Of a DNA stretch of 64,000 nt, positions 1 to 13,532 are shown in pieces. Below the pieces are notes generated by a model. The model worked only from the letters and a program-made list of their open reading frames with translations, did not search any database and had not been told where the DNA came from. Origin of the DNA: Tricharina praecox (taxonomy: Eukaryota); assembly GCF_024521635.1 (NCBI RefSeq), contig NW_026250419.1:186001-250000 (forward strand), written 5' to 3'. Both the position numbers and the translations under genes were made by a program. The first letter of the stretch is position 1, and each line of letters opens with the position of its first letter.

Positions 1-1187
1 CCGGACGTGGCTATATCGGCGGGAATAGACTTTGTGTCTTCGATCGTATTGTCAACCAGGTCTTCGAATAGAGATATCTTTTGTATGTGAGCAAACCGAA
101 ACCAGGGAACGAGATGGAGAAGCGAACACACCTTCACCGACTGGGCAATCGCATGACTGATGCTCAATTTCACCATGTAATTCCTTCCATCCTTAAGGGT
201 GATGAAATCATTGTATATCCTTGGCTGATATGAGGAGGTGACATAAAAATTGAAGTTCTCGACTTGAACATCATCCTCCCCCAATTTCTCCGTCTCGAAC
301 TTGGCAATATCTCTGAGGAACCGACTCTCCTCCTCCACGCTCATGCCCCAGATCACGACAACTCCGTACTGGAACAAGAAAACGTCCGACGAGCTGATGG
401 CGCGGTTCTGCTGTTCTACAAAGTGATACAAGCTGCGATCATCTCTTACGTCATCGGTCTCACCGGGATGCTGCTGTTCGCTCTCCGCGGGCGTCGGCAT
501 ATTCTTTGCGACGTCCTGCTCGTGCAGGTTGATGAGATCCTCGATCTGCGGCGTCAACGCGGCCTGCTTGCTGAACGAGTACGAAAACGGCGTGAAGATG
601 CATTCGTCGAATTTCCTGGGCGCAGAGCCCCGGGTCGATGCGCGCGCCTTCAGGAACTTCATCAGCCCGTCGAGGTCGTAGGAGTTTGCGGTGGCGTACG
701 CAGTCACTCGGGGGAGCTGCGCTCGCTCGGCTTTTCCGAGACGCTCGGCATCGCGCCGCGCTGTGCTGTCCTTGATGCGCGTAACTGTTGGGAGCGAACG
801 GCCGGTCAGCACGGTTTTTCTTGCCGGAACCAGATGGTTTCAGGGGTCGAAGTGAAAGAGGAAGATGGAAAGCCTGCACGAACCTTGCGAGTAAACATCC
901 CTCCCGGACTCTTCATCTTGATCCGCGGGCGACGGTAATATCTTCAGCTTCTGCGAAACCTTCGACGTCCTCTGAGGTCCGATTTTCGTCTGCACGTGCG
1001 GGATCGGGCCTCCACGAGCTATAGAGTTCCTCCTCTTAGCTGCCCCCGCTCTGGGTACGTTCGCGGGTGTTGATGTGGTAGGGGAAACATCGCCATCTGC
1101 TGCGCTGCCGGACTGACGAGGAGGTGTGACGGATGCCGAAAGTGGGGACGTCGACGTGCTGAACGGTGCCGACGATGTGGTCGCCAT
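1..1187 (-). CDS. RMD1: RMD1/Sif2-like DUF155 protein, spliced; 3' end runs off the left edge of the window
   Basis: ATG at 1187. After an intron the frame reads ...DVYSQ|VTRIKDSTARRDAERLGKAERAQLPRVTAYATANSY..., and later YMVKLSISHAIAQSVK|ISLFEDLVDNTIE. These are motifs typical of the DUF155/RMD1 family. Confidence 0.85.
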
Positions 1188-1802
1188 GCTGTCTTAGATA
1201 TTGCAGGTGGGTGTCGGCGCGATCAATTAGAGGACAAGATTGTGACCGGGTGTAGAACAATGAATGACTTGGAGAAGTGTGTGTTGCTATTCAAAAGCGC
1301 AACAATGAGTTATGCAACTACCCCAGAAGTGCGACTTGGATCTTAGCTGCCAGCGGCAGCACGCTGGGCGCTAACCGACCGGGTCGGATTTGCGCGCTAG
1401 CACAGCAATGAACGCATCGCTCGGCCACACGTGGACATGCACGTCAACCTCTGTGAGGTTTGCACCGATTTCCAGTTACTCTACCACCGGTATATATTAC
1501 AGAGCCCTCACGATCTTGAGGGCGAGTGATAATGGTGGAGGTGTTTATTTCAACATCAAATCACCACATAGTCTTACGATGTTGAAACAATCACTACGAG
1601 TTTATGTCCAGCCATGTTCGGAGTATCAAGAAAGAGAATATTTTTTTCGCCTAAACCCCTAAAAATAACCACAAGAAAATAAAAGAGAAAAAGGTAGAGG
1701 TAGAAGAGCTACAGCAGTTCGAAATGGAAATGGGGATGATGATGACGATGCGAGCAGGGCTGACAAACAGAAAAGCAACACATTATTCGAACAAAGCTAA
1801 AG

Positions 1803-4800
1803 TTACCGTCTGGATGGTCCAGTTGCACTCTGCATCTCTCCGTAGCGTCCTCTCTCCTTCGTCGTATCGTAAGCATTAAGCAGTCGTGTGGCACCCTCAT
1901 CGGCCTGCGAGAACGCGTATCCGCGTTGCTTGCGCATTCTTTGCACTTGTCGGACCTTTCTAATTGCCTTTTGGAATTGCTCCATCCTAGAAAAGGGGAA
2001 GAGCTGTCAGCACCAGACCTAAGAACTGGATATTGGGAGAAAATGTACCTCGGCCGGTAGTCCTGAATGTTGTACTTTTGGATCTCCTGAATGTGGTGAT
2101 ATGTCTGCGGGTAGTACATCCGCTTTGCGTATTTCCAGGCGAAGTCACGCATCAGGCACAGGGCCGGCAACACCACGACCATACCCCAGAAGACAGGTGA
2201 TTCTATCATACGGCCGAGGATTCCGAAGTATTCGGTGGAGAAACCAAGCTTCGGAGCAACGGTAGCATAGATGGGCATGAATATCATCCAAATAACCATC
2301 GAACCGGGGATCGCCATGACCGCATACTTGGTCCACATGCTGCGCGTACGCTGTTAGACCTGTAAAACGACCGGTGTGGATATTGCATGGAAACGTACTT
2401 GATCACGAGTGCTGCTTTTCCTAGAACGGTGGCCAGGACAGCTGTGTACAGAGCTGTACCCCAGAGCCAATGCCCGGCAGGCTTGCCATCCTCCTGTGGG
2501 AGGTCGTTAAGGAAGATGTATCGCGAGAATAGGTAGAGGATCAAAGAGTGGTAGAATCCGTTGATCAACCACGACCAGAAGCTACTGGCTTTGAACTAGA
2601 ACCGGTCAGAATTCTACTGAAAAGCATGGAATTAGCGGTCAACATACGAAAAGTCCCTTTTGGCCCAGTTGGTACAGTTGAGGGTAGCGGTCAAGCAACC
2701 GCGCGCTGATGAACTGGTCGAAGATGCCCATGACTAACGGCGGCAGGACGGTGAAAAAGACGTTGTAGAACGACAAGGTCCATGATTCGTAGATGACTTG
2801 ACCGGAAAAGGCGTTTTCGAAAGCATACTGTTGGGGATAAGTATTGGGCACAAGAATAAAAAGAAGAGGGATTCATACCCAGAACTGGGTCATGTAAAGC
2901 GTGATGTTCTTGTAGAACGAGTACAAGATGACTCTGCTGATACGTTGATAACTCCACGCACCATGGACGAGTAGCAGTTTACGGAGGAAACGAAATTGAC
3001 CAATGGCGACATCAGCACTTCGAGCAGCTTGCAAACCCTCAACACCGCTGATACCAACACCAACATGGGCAGCCTGGATCATGCTGACGTCGTTGGCGCC
3101 GTCTCCGACAGCAAGCAGGAGAGACTTCAGATTACGCTTGACAAGCTTGACAACCAGAGCCTTCTGCAGCGGAGACACACGACTAAAGATGGGTTAGATC
3201 GCCCGCATCAAAAGAATTGGAACGGTTGCACCTACCAACAGATAACAGCCTTGCACAGCACGGCGAGATCCAAAAACATCTTATCGAGGTCCTTCTCGAG
3301 GGCGAATGTGAGGGAGCGACCATCAATGACCAGTGCCAGGGCCTAGACAAAATGAGCAAACGTTTTGTGACGGCTAAATGTAGGAAGGAATTACGTCAAC
3401 TTCGCCACCGGAATCCTTCTGTGACTGGACTGCCGTCAATTTCTTGGATATGCTGTCTCTTGTAGCCTCTGCGGTTTCTTCGTTGATGATGATGAGAGTC
3501 ATATCTTCACTGATGAGCTTACAACTCATGCCGATATTGATAGCGGTCTCTTGGCGATCACCCGTAAGAACCCAGATCTTGATGCCCGCAGTCTGCAGAG
3601 TATGGATGGTGTCCGGTACGCCATCTTGCAGACGATCCTCGATGGCAGTAGCTCCAAGCAAAACAAGATCCTTCTCAATCAACTCGGCAGCCTTGTCAAG
3701 CTCGTCACCACGGTTGTTAATGGTCGTAGCCGCTTTGTCGTAGATAGCACTCCATCGTCGGTACTCATCCTCGGGAACCTCACGCATGGCAAGACACAGT
3801 GTTCGTAAACCTTCGGTAGCGTAATCCTCCAAGTGTTGCAAAGTCGATTCCACATATGTGCATCCCTTGGCGAGCCGCTCCATAATGACCGTGTCTGCTC
3901 CCTTGGTGTAGACTCGCACCTTTCCATCTGGGCAACGAAGAATCGTGGACATGCGCTTTCGCGTGGAGTTGAATTCGCAGATGTTGAGCAGATCATAATC
4001 GTACTCCTTGCCGTCAACCTCAATCGTGACCGATCTAGGCTTTCTGGCGGTAAACTTGTATCCAAGAAGGACTGCACCCTCGACTAATGCGCCCTCGTCT
4101 GGTGAAGCGGCTTGGTATTTGATCTGGCCGGGCTTGTCTTCCCTTCGTTCCGGAATAACCGTGTGGCAAGTGGCCAAAAGCGCGAGAAAGTGATGCATGA
4201 TGTCACGATTCTCATGCGTCTTTAGGTTTTCGGCCATCTTCTCGAAATCATGGATGCCAACCTCCAGGCCATCCTGGATGGTCGCCCTGCTGTCTTCCGG
4301 CACCTCACCAGCATAGCAGATACCGGCAATAGAGCATTGCTTGAATTCCATCATATTGCAAGTCAAGGTTCCAGTTTTGTCGGAGAATATGTATTCAATC
4401 TGGCCCAATTCTTCGACCAGACTGGATGTGCGGCAGACAGCGGGAGTGTCCGTTTCAGCATAGTAAATATCGAGGTCGGAGTTAATAAGATACGCCTGGT
4501 AGTATTTGACCAGTTCTACAGTGACGAACAAACTGCACGAGGGTCAGAATGTGTTTAATATTGGGCAAAGACGGATGGATGGAAAGACCTTATCGGGACG
4601 AGATTCGAGTACAGCACCCAGTAGGTCAAGATGTCGGAGAAGAACTGTTTTGCCCGGTTGTGGCTCGACAGATAGAGATACCCCATTGAATTGCTGGTGG
4701 ACTACAAACGTCAGCTGCGTGAGGGTGTGAAGACCGTGTGTACCCAACTTGCTTGATGACATCTCCCATGGAAGAAATCACAGACAGTGCCAAAAGGATC

Positions 4801-6209
4801 GAAACCAGCATTATGATTTGAACGTTGACTGTCCGCTCCACCGCAGTACGTTTGATGGGGGTTGCCGTCGCATTTCTCATCAGCTTTGTCTCGTGTCCGG
4901 TGAAGACGACAAGACCGTGAATCCAAGGTGTGTTCCGGAGGGTAGCACCACGCAGCAAGAGCTGGTCCGGGTTCAAGGGCAACTCCTTCTCTCCGCCACC
5001 CATATCCATTGTCAAAGTTCCCTCATACGTGTAAAGACTGCTGTTGGGCTGTTCGGACCGAATTCTTCCAGCGAGCCTGCCAAGGTCGCCAGGGCTGACC
5101 AGATCAGCCGTTTCCGGAATGGCTTGCTTGATCTTCAGATTCGTCTCGCCGTCCAGATTGGCGGTTTCGATGTAGCACAATCCCTCCGGTTCCGACGAAG
5201 CCAACAAGACCAGATCTGCCGGGAAAGGCTCCTCCGATTCCACACGGACAATATCTCCAACGCGCACACTGAGCCATCGCGCCTCCTCAAAAGTCGAGCC
5301 TTGCAGCACCTTTGTCTTGGATCTGTTCAGATCCTTGTCTTGGGTTTTCCGTTTCCAGTCTTCGACCAACTCCTTACCTGCTGACACGAGCAGCACAACA
5401 ATGAGCGGTCCAATGGTAGTATATCGATTTGTCGGGGAGATGTCGGGGATCTGCTGCAGACCGGCGGTGAACAGGAAGAAAAGATTGGCGTATTTCGAGA
5501 ATTGTTCGTACAGGAATTTTGGCAGGAAGGTAGCCACATTGTATTTTGCGGTGGATACCTTGTTGTCGAGGTACTTGTTTGTTGCGTTCGCTGGGGGGTT
5601 GTTCAGTTCTATTACGCGAGGCCCAAGGGTCGAAGGATCGACCTTCCGGCGCCCAAAACCGAACTTGAAGCCACCGCCATCTTTGTTCCGCTTCTCTTTC
5701 TTCGATCTCTGACGTGACGGAGCCGAGTCGCTAGCCCCAGGAGTAGCATCGCGCGTTCGCGCTGTCTCAGTCAACGGCAGATCCATCTCGCTGTACTCTG
5801 GATTCATCCCGAGCGCTGACTTCACCCTCCCGACGATGCTGGTTCTATTGCTAGGAGCACCACCACCCTCACTGTCGACATGATCACCATGCCCGTAATG
5901 GTACCCAGTAGTAGAACGGCCATCATCGTGAAGGTCGTCATAGTACGGTTGGTAATTGTCTAACGCGGAAGATTGCGAGTACGTACGATGGTTCTGCGCG
6001 AAGTCGAGAGGAGGGGGTGGATCGAGGTCTGGTTGGTAGGGCTGCGATGGCGGTCCACCGGCCCCTCCTACGAATTCGTCGTAAGAAGTGGACATCCGAT
6101 GCGCATATTCTTCCTCGGAGGTGGCCGGAGGCCGTCCTGGATTGCCATAGTTACGCCCCTGATCGTCGAGATCCAGTAAGAGATCGTTGTTCTGCGGGTT
6201 TCCCGCCAT
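1803..6209 (-). CDS. DRS2: P4-type phospholipid-transporting ATPase (flippase), multi-exon
   Basis: [15 protein letters not shown] phosphorylation site, [10 protein letters not shown] and [11 protein letters not shown] motifs, plus the C-terminal [10 protein letters not shown] autoinhibitory motif characteristic of Drs2/ATP8A. The GT-AG introns splice in frame. Confidence 0.95.
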
Positions 6210-8728
6210 GCGCTCAAGCAGGTCGTGGCCGAATAGTGGTGATGGTTATAATGGTGGGTGGTGGAAGCCGTTACAGAATGGCGGCAGTGTCGTGGCGGAC
6301 AGGTTACAGCAGCTTGAGAGCCGGAGGACGAGCGGGTAAAAAGTGATAGTGTTTGACGGGGGTGATTGTATTGATTCGTTGCTTCTCCGGGATCGTCTCC
6401 AGTACGGCGGACAAGCAAAGCGATTGTCAGGAGCAGCTCAGGGTGGCTTTCGTCGTCGTCGTCACGCAGATGCGATGGGAGCTGGGTGTCTGCTGACGAG
6501 AGTTGAGCCAAAGTGTGGGTGGGGGGGGGGGGGTGAATAATCGAGAGGGTAGTCGTGAGCTTCGTGTATCGTATTTTCTTGTGCTCGTACTCGTAGGGGA
6601 TGTGAGAACTAGGTACTCGAATGGATAGAGAGGCTTCACCGGCACTGGTTGGATGTCTTTCCCTTCAATGATGGGGCTTTTGCCCCCTGTTGAGGCTGAG
6701 GAAGGCCTTGGCTATTTCTAGCGACAGGCTAGCCACAATGGCAATGGTATTGGTCAGACTCTTGGCAGCTTATCAGCATTGCCGCTCAGAGACAGAGGCA
6801 GAAGCAACAGCAAAAGCAAAAGCAATTCGTCGTTGACTCCCATCCTCAGCACCACAAGCTGCCATTCAGGCAATCCATCTCCCCACAGCAGGCCTTGCAT
6901 GTGTGCTGGCCAGGTTGAAGCATGCACGAACAAAAAGCCGATACTATCCAGTGCTGACCTGCTTGAATCGTCCACATCCCCAATATATTGCACGATTGGC
7001 TGGGAATTTTGGATCCGACAGCTGTCTGGGCTATGGAGCACTGATACCATAGACATCCTGCAGAATACCCCGCAGCTTTTTCTTATAACTCTGAACTTTG
7101 AAGGCCTCACCAGACAACTGCAAAATAAATAAAAAAGGAACAAGGTGTCTTTGTGGCCGGATACTGTTATATCCATCAGGCTGCGAGCCCGCCTAAAGTG
7201 CCGCCTATGCTAGTCTGCCTGTCGGTTGAAGGTTCAGCCCTTTGGTCGGCTAGACGTCTGACGTGTGTTCACCGAACATGTTCCCGGCCCGACTGTGCAT
7301 ATGCAACGGACACTCCTCCGTCCTGCCCGGAGAGAGCTCGACTGTTCCAATTGGAAGTGCTCCGAATTCTCAGAGCACAGCCAGTGTTGTAGCGTTATAG
7401 CGTATGGACTTTGCTCCACCGCCACCGGCCTTTCCCATAGGATGGGAACCTCCATGTACCAGTACTAGTGATGCAGCCCTCTAACAGCTGGCATGTTGCT
7501 CCTCGGTGGGGTTCAAACATCAACCCGGTGAAAGGATGCTAGCACCATGGTCGCCCTGCAGCAGCCACAGATGAGGTTCAGCTAAACTTTTCACCTTCAC
7601 CAAGATAAGATAAGATGAGACCCTTAAACTTGCTGAGTAATCGGGACCCTTTTTCCCTCAAACATGCAGGGCAAGTTACTGCCAAGCCGACAGAGAGCAG
7701 CACGTGAAAGCATTTTTGGCCGCCGCTAACCCTAGCCCGGAGAATATATAATGTCCCCCGCGTCTCCGCAAATATCTTTTCCTTTCCTTCCTCAGACTCC
7801 CATCCTTATCACACGCAACACTTCATTTTCACTGATGCGTGCCATTATACAACGGGAGCCCAGAGTGAAGCTTCTGCACAATTTCGCTAACAGTATGTCA
7901 TTCCGATCATCAGCAATGATGGTCGGTACCAAATCTTACATAACGTTTGATAGTAATTGATGCAACATTCCTCTTCGTCCCCGAAGAATATAGTGACCAA
8001 AGAACCACCTTTCCATCTCATTTGGGGCTTCTTTTGCCTTCAAAATGGAGCATGGTGGTTTCGAGAGCCAGTCGCGTGAGGGGCAATCATCGCTTTCGTG
8101 ATTTGATTGAACCAGCCGCCACGGCTTTTCGAAGTGTTGAGACCCCGCATTCTGCACAGCGTGCCTTCTGGTTGGACCTGTCGTCCTTTGATTGCTGTCA
8201 GAACAGGATGTCAGATTTGTACCGGTACACCAAGTGATATTTGCAACTACCCATCCCATAAGTCTGCACATCAAGTTGTCTTTCTTTCAGGTGGTGGGAA
8301 CCAAGTATAAGCCGGCGTAGCAGGTGTCCGCATTCAGGCAATCAACAACGAGAAGCAACAAAAGTTGCACCCGGTGAAGTGAGCCGTCGTGAACGAATGC
8401 CATCAGGTACACCCGATGTGTGAAGCCTCATAAGTGGAACACCCGAACTCCCTACCAACGGCTGGCCGATCCGCTTTGCGCAATCGCACGCCCTCACGCC
8501 TTGCTTTGCGCAATCGCACTATATACAGATGCCGTAGATTTCCCCGCACGCGCAGGCGACAAGCGACAGCTCCCTGTTACGCGAAAGCACGCAAGCAAGT
8601 AGCTTCCCGGCCGCGCGCTGCATCATCGCCCTCCGCCTGAAACGGAACATCCTCACCACCACCATCACCACCACCATCACCACCCGTACTAGTGCCTACC
8701 ACTCTCCACCGCTGCCGCCGCCGCAAAA

Positions 8729-9429
8729 ATGTCAAGCAGCGGCATATCCCTCCCCTTCAGCGAGGAAGCCCTTGAAGCCCTCAGCAGCATGAGATCTGGG
8801 GGCTTCGTGAACTTGGTGCAACTGGTATGTCCCCCTTCACCGGAGACAGTGGGCAGAGTGTAATGGCGTCGCAGGCAATCAACATGGAGAAGGAAACCAT
8901 CGAGCTCGCCGGCGCCAGTACCTCCGCCATCCGGGACTTCACGCGGGTCATCGCAGACAATGCGCCGCGGTTCTCGTTCTTCGTGTTCAAACGTGCGTAT
9001 TCCGGGGTGGGAGTATTGGGAAGGGATTGGAAAGGGGATGGAAGGTTGATTTGCGGCAGATGAGCACGAGGGCGTCGAGGAAGCTCCGTTGGGTTTGTGG
9101 TTACCACCTCTCCGCACGGGAAACGGATGCTGATGGGAATAGTGTTCATCTACACCTGTCCCGCCGACAGCAAGATCAAGGAGAAGATGCTGTACGCCTC
9201 CACGCGGGCTGCGGTAGTGGCTACCGTCGAGAATGAATGCGGTCTGAGAATTCAGAAGAGGGTACGATTTCTCTCATCTTCCTCCCACAGATGAAAGCTA
9301 ATTCCGAGGGAACAGCTGGAGGCAACCAGCCCAGACGAGATCGGTGAAGCTCAGCTTATTGAAGAGTTCCATCCCAAGGCGGAGGTTAAGACCACTTTCC
9401 AGAGACCAAAACGGCCGGGAAGGCGTTAA
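8729..9429 (+). CDS. Single ADF-H domain protein matching the C-terminal half of twinfilin (159 aa, 5 exons)
   Basis: Exons 8729-8824, 8875-8992, 9060-9092, 9143-9261 and 9316-9429 give MSSSGISLPFSEEALEAL...PRFSFF...VFIYTCPADSKIKEKMLYASTR...EFHPKAEVKTTFQRPKRPGRR*. All introns are GT-AG. Confidence 0.85.
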
Positions 9430-9674
9430 GCCTGCTTTCTGTTTTCCTGTCTAGTTTTTGTAGTGTTCGATATGAGCTGGATATCTAGAAGTGTCATAAG
9501 GCCACGCGAGTGGATGTCAAAAACTGCCCGTCTTTCCCCCGCGTCTAGAACCGCTTGCACGTGACAAACTACGGAATAATTCTAGCGAGTTTCATCGGGC
9601 CCGCTGGCGACGTCACTCTACATGGCCGCCTCAACACCACACACGTCCGCCACCTCCCCCGCCCTCCACCACCA

Positions 9675-11170
9675 ATGCGCCGCGTAGTAGTAACGGGACT
9701 CGGAGCGGTAACCCCTTTGGCAGTGGGTGCGTCCTCCTGCCCCTCGCCTTGGTCATAGAACCCTTGATTGATCATGAACCCCAGGCGTCCGCCACACGTG
9801 GAAGCGCCTGCTTGACTCTCAATGCGGCGTCGTCTCGCTCCGCGGCCGCGACAAGGCCTTCGAAGACCTCCCCAGCCAGGTTGCGGCGCTCGTTCCCGCC
9901 GGCTCAAAGGCTGATGGTGGCTGGAACCCGAAGGAGTGGTTGGCGCCAGGCGTACGCCCACATCCTCCGCACCTATCCATCTCAAGCTGATGGGAATTGC
10001 ACGTAGGACGAACGCCGCATGGCCCTCTTCTCGCAATACGCCATCGCCGCCGCCGAAGAAGCCCTAACCGACGCCGGCTGGACCCCCAGCAGCGAGCATG
10101 AGCGGGAGCGCACAGTGGGCCCCCCAGCAGCCCCGCACCTACGCCACTAACCCACCCAACAGGGCGTGTGCATCGGCTCGGGCATCGGTAGTCTCCAAGA
10201 CGCCTACGACACGTCGCTCGCCTTCTCCACGGGCGGCTACAAAAAGCTGTCCGCACTATTCGTCCCACGCCTGTTAATCAACCTCGCAGCAGGGCACATA
10301 ACGCTCAAGCACGGTTTCCGCGGTCCCAATCACGCCGTATCAACCGCGTGCACGACAGGCGCACACAGCATCGGCGACGCCTCCCGGTTCATCCAATTCG
10401 GGGACGCGGACGTGATGGTAGCAGGCGGGGCGGAGGCGTGCGTGCACCCATTGGCCATCGCCGGGTTCGCGCGCGCCAAGTCGCTCGCCACCGCATGGAA
10501 CGCCGATCCTGCGGCGTCAAGCCGCCCGTTCGACCGCGACCGCGCGGGATTCGTCATCGGCGAGGGCGCCGGCGTCATGGTGCTCGAGGAGCTGGAGCAC
10601 GCGAGGCGCCGCGGCGCAAGGATCTATGCCGAGGTCAGGGGCTATGGGCTCAGTGCCGATGCTCACCATATCACCGCGCCGCCAAAGGATGGCGGCGGCG
10701 CGCTGCTGAGTATGCGGCGCGCACTGGTGCATGCAGGGATCGCGCCGGAGAAGGTCGACTATGTTAATGCTCATGCGACTAGCACGATGCTGGGCGATGC
10801 AGCGGAGAATGCGGCGATCAAGACGCTGTTTGCTGGCGCAAGGAGTGGCAAGCAGATTACCGTTTCGAGCACGAAGGGCGCCGTCGGACATCTGCTTGGT
10901 GCTGCGGGCGCGGTCGAGTCGCTGTTCACGGTGCTGGCTGTGAGCGAGGTGAGTGATACCCCATGACGCTCCTGCTGGGCTTCGATTGACATGTGTGTGC
11001 AGAATGTACTTCCGCCGACACTCAACCTGGATAATCCCGGTGATCCAGCGGAGGACTTTGATTGCAACTATGTTCCTAAGACTGCGCAGGATCACAAGGT
11101 GAACGTGGCTGTGTCCAATAGCTTTGGGTTCGGCGGAACGAATGCTAGTCTGTGCTTTGCGAAGATGTAG
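9675..11170 (+). CDS. CEM1: Mitochondrial 3-oxoacyl-[ACP] synthase (type II FAS ketosynthase)
   Basis: [15 protein letters not shown] start, active-site [26 protein letters not shown] and terminal [13 protein letters not shown]; 4 introns. Confidence 0.95.
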
Positions 11171-11345
11171 TAGAGTGGCTGGGTAGAGACAACGAGTTTT
11201 GTATATTATGGATCTGTTTTGCCATACCATAACTCAAATCAGGTAGATACCTAGAAGAAGGGTGTCATGTGTGAGTCACACAATTCTACACTATATGTAC
11301 AAAATCGTGCCGCCACCAGTAGTGACCGTATAGTCTAACGGGAAG

Positions 11346-13532
11346 CTAAAGGAGCAACTTGACTCCACCGTCCTCATCTATCGTATCCAAAACGACCACG
11401 CATTCCTCGGTTCCATTGACACGCAGGCGATTCTTCAAGCCATTCCACACCCGTGAGTCAAAAGGCGGCAGGAGAAGTTCATCGCCCTGGGCCGCAGCTT
11501 GGTCAGAATGCGCGGGATCGTACTGGCCCATCAAGTTGATGAACTCGACCATACCCTCGCGGGCCTTCTTTTCCGCTGCCGGTTCCTTGCCCTCGCCGAG
11601 ACGAGATTGGTAGCTGGTGATCAGCTTCAGAAGGACTTTGGCGGTGACGAAACTGTCGTAGCCGGCATTGTGGTCGACGTTGGCGCCCATCTGGTGATCC
11701 AGGTGCAATGCTGTGGGGTACTGTCAGTTCGGTCATGCGAAGTGGGGCGGGAGGGGTTGTAATACAGATTGAGGGATATAGAAGGGCGTTGAGCGTATCG
11801 GACAACGTCTGCAGGTTAGAAGCAGCCCCAGACTGGTGTCCTTCACAGGTTGCGATGTACTTGGTGTCGCAAACTCTTTGGGCGGGGGGAAGTACGTTAG
11901 AAACGTGCCCGAGACAAAGTAGGAGTGTGGGATGCAGTACACAGGAAAGTCCTCATGGATTTTCGCCGCAAAGTCCTCAACTGTTGGTGGTAGGGCTCCA
12001 ACAAAGGTCTATGGCGACGGTATCAGTCCTAGTCGTGAATTCATACTTTTCCAGGAAACTTACGCGGTAGAGATGAATTAGATCGCCAAAGAGGTTGTGT
12101 CCAACAATGGGAACCTTGCGTTCTTTCAAAGCATCAAACACATACCGTAGGCCGATCTGTGAAATCCATCAGTCTCGTAGGTTGTGAATCAACCAGCGGG
12201 GTTTCACTTACACCCTTCTTAATGTTGTAGTCGGATCGTTCCTTGCGTTCCTTGAGGACTGTGGCTTCTTGCTCATCGTCTCTCTTGATCACCTGGATGA
12301 ACTTGCTGCGACTCATCTGCGCACGTAGAGCAGTGGGTCAGTTGGACGATTGTTACGGGAGACAGTTATGATTCCGGAGGATGAGCTCACAGTGACCAGT
12401 TCCGGGAACTTTGCACGGACAACCTGGTGAACCAGGCGTTTCTGGTACCCGTTGATCTCGTTATTCGGTCCAGTGATGTTGATGAAGTCGTACTCTGGAT
12501 TTGGATCATCAATCCACGCTTGCAGCTCGTTGACGACCGACTTGAGCTATCAAAGAGTCAGCAACAGCAGTTTCATCCCTATGCGTCACGCAACAGGAGG
12601 TACGTACAAATTCTTCCTGCGACTCCTCGATGTGGATATCTTCCATGATGCCCCCGATGGCTTTCTCTTCTTTGTCCCGTACATATTTCTCTTCCTCGTG
12701 GCTGAGGTACCGCACTCCGCTAGAGAACAGCAAGTTGAAATCGAAATGGCTAGCATGTTCTGTTAGATAGGTACATCCACCAAAGTTCTCAGTGGTCCAA
12801 CTCACTTGTCCGATAAGAATTTTATCGCGCTGGACTGATACGTGTACTCCCGTTCCATCTGCCACTTCGGATCCGTGACCGGACAGAGTGGGAAGGTGTA
12901 CGGTCGACAGATGTAAGTTGCTGGGCGCAGCTGCGTCAGTTTGGATGCTCGACCCCTCTCACGTCACCGCCCGCATGAAATTACAGACCTTCAGTCTCAT
13001 CGTATTGGACGGTGCAGATTCCGAACTGCAGCACTTGATACTTTTCTGCTCCCTCCTTCAGCTGGAGATATCGCTCGCGGATGTTCTGTTTTCTTCCGAG
13101 AACATTTGTTTTCCGCTGCACACCCGAGAACTCCAGGTCAATGGCAACTACGCAAAGGGACGATCGGTGAGCTCATCTAGCAGGTGACGGATGGGTGATG
13201 AACAATGATTTACCGAATTGCGCTGTCTTGATAGCCTCGACGATATCCTTCAAGAGCTTGGAGTCGTCCTTCTCGTAGTCATCTCTGGTTACCTCCATGC
13301 TTTTGGTGGTGATTCTGTTGCTGTAGTGGTAGGAAGTCTTTTCGAGAAGGATGGGAGGACAAAGACGCAGCCAGAGCGGTAGCAGTGGTGGTATTGGAAG
13401 TTGCGGCTGTTTCGAATTCTTTCTTGCGCTTCCTGCAGTTTGGGACGTGCGGAGAGCGGTGGCGGTGGTGGCGGCAGTGGTTGTGGTAATGGTTGAGGGT
13501 TTGCTGCGTACAAGCCTTGAAAGCCAATGCAT
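11346..13532 (-). CDS. CAF1/PARN-family DEDD 3'-5' exoribonuclease with R3H-like insert; start at 13532 (long form) or 13298 (short form)
   Basis: Spliced frame: F|VAIDLEFSG, YQVLQFGIC, YQKRLVHQVVR, PIVGHNLFGDL, CDTKYIA and HNAGYDSFVTA; 9 GT-AG introns. Confidence 0.88.

Noticed and set aside
264..938. 224-aa plus-strand ORF
   Set aside because: Antisense to the RMD1-like exons, which carry the conserved motifs.
6650..8400. Short ORFs between DRS2 and the half-twinfilin gene, inspected as possible missing twinfilin N-domain exons
   Set aside because: No ADF-H motif (such as a KMLxAST-like segment) seen in any frame and no convincing coding bias.
9675..11170. Ketosynthase as a sign of a PKS or secondary-metabolite cluster
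   Set aside because: Stand-alone type II mitochondrial FAS enzyme; no AT/ACP domains or tailoring genes nearby.
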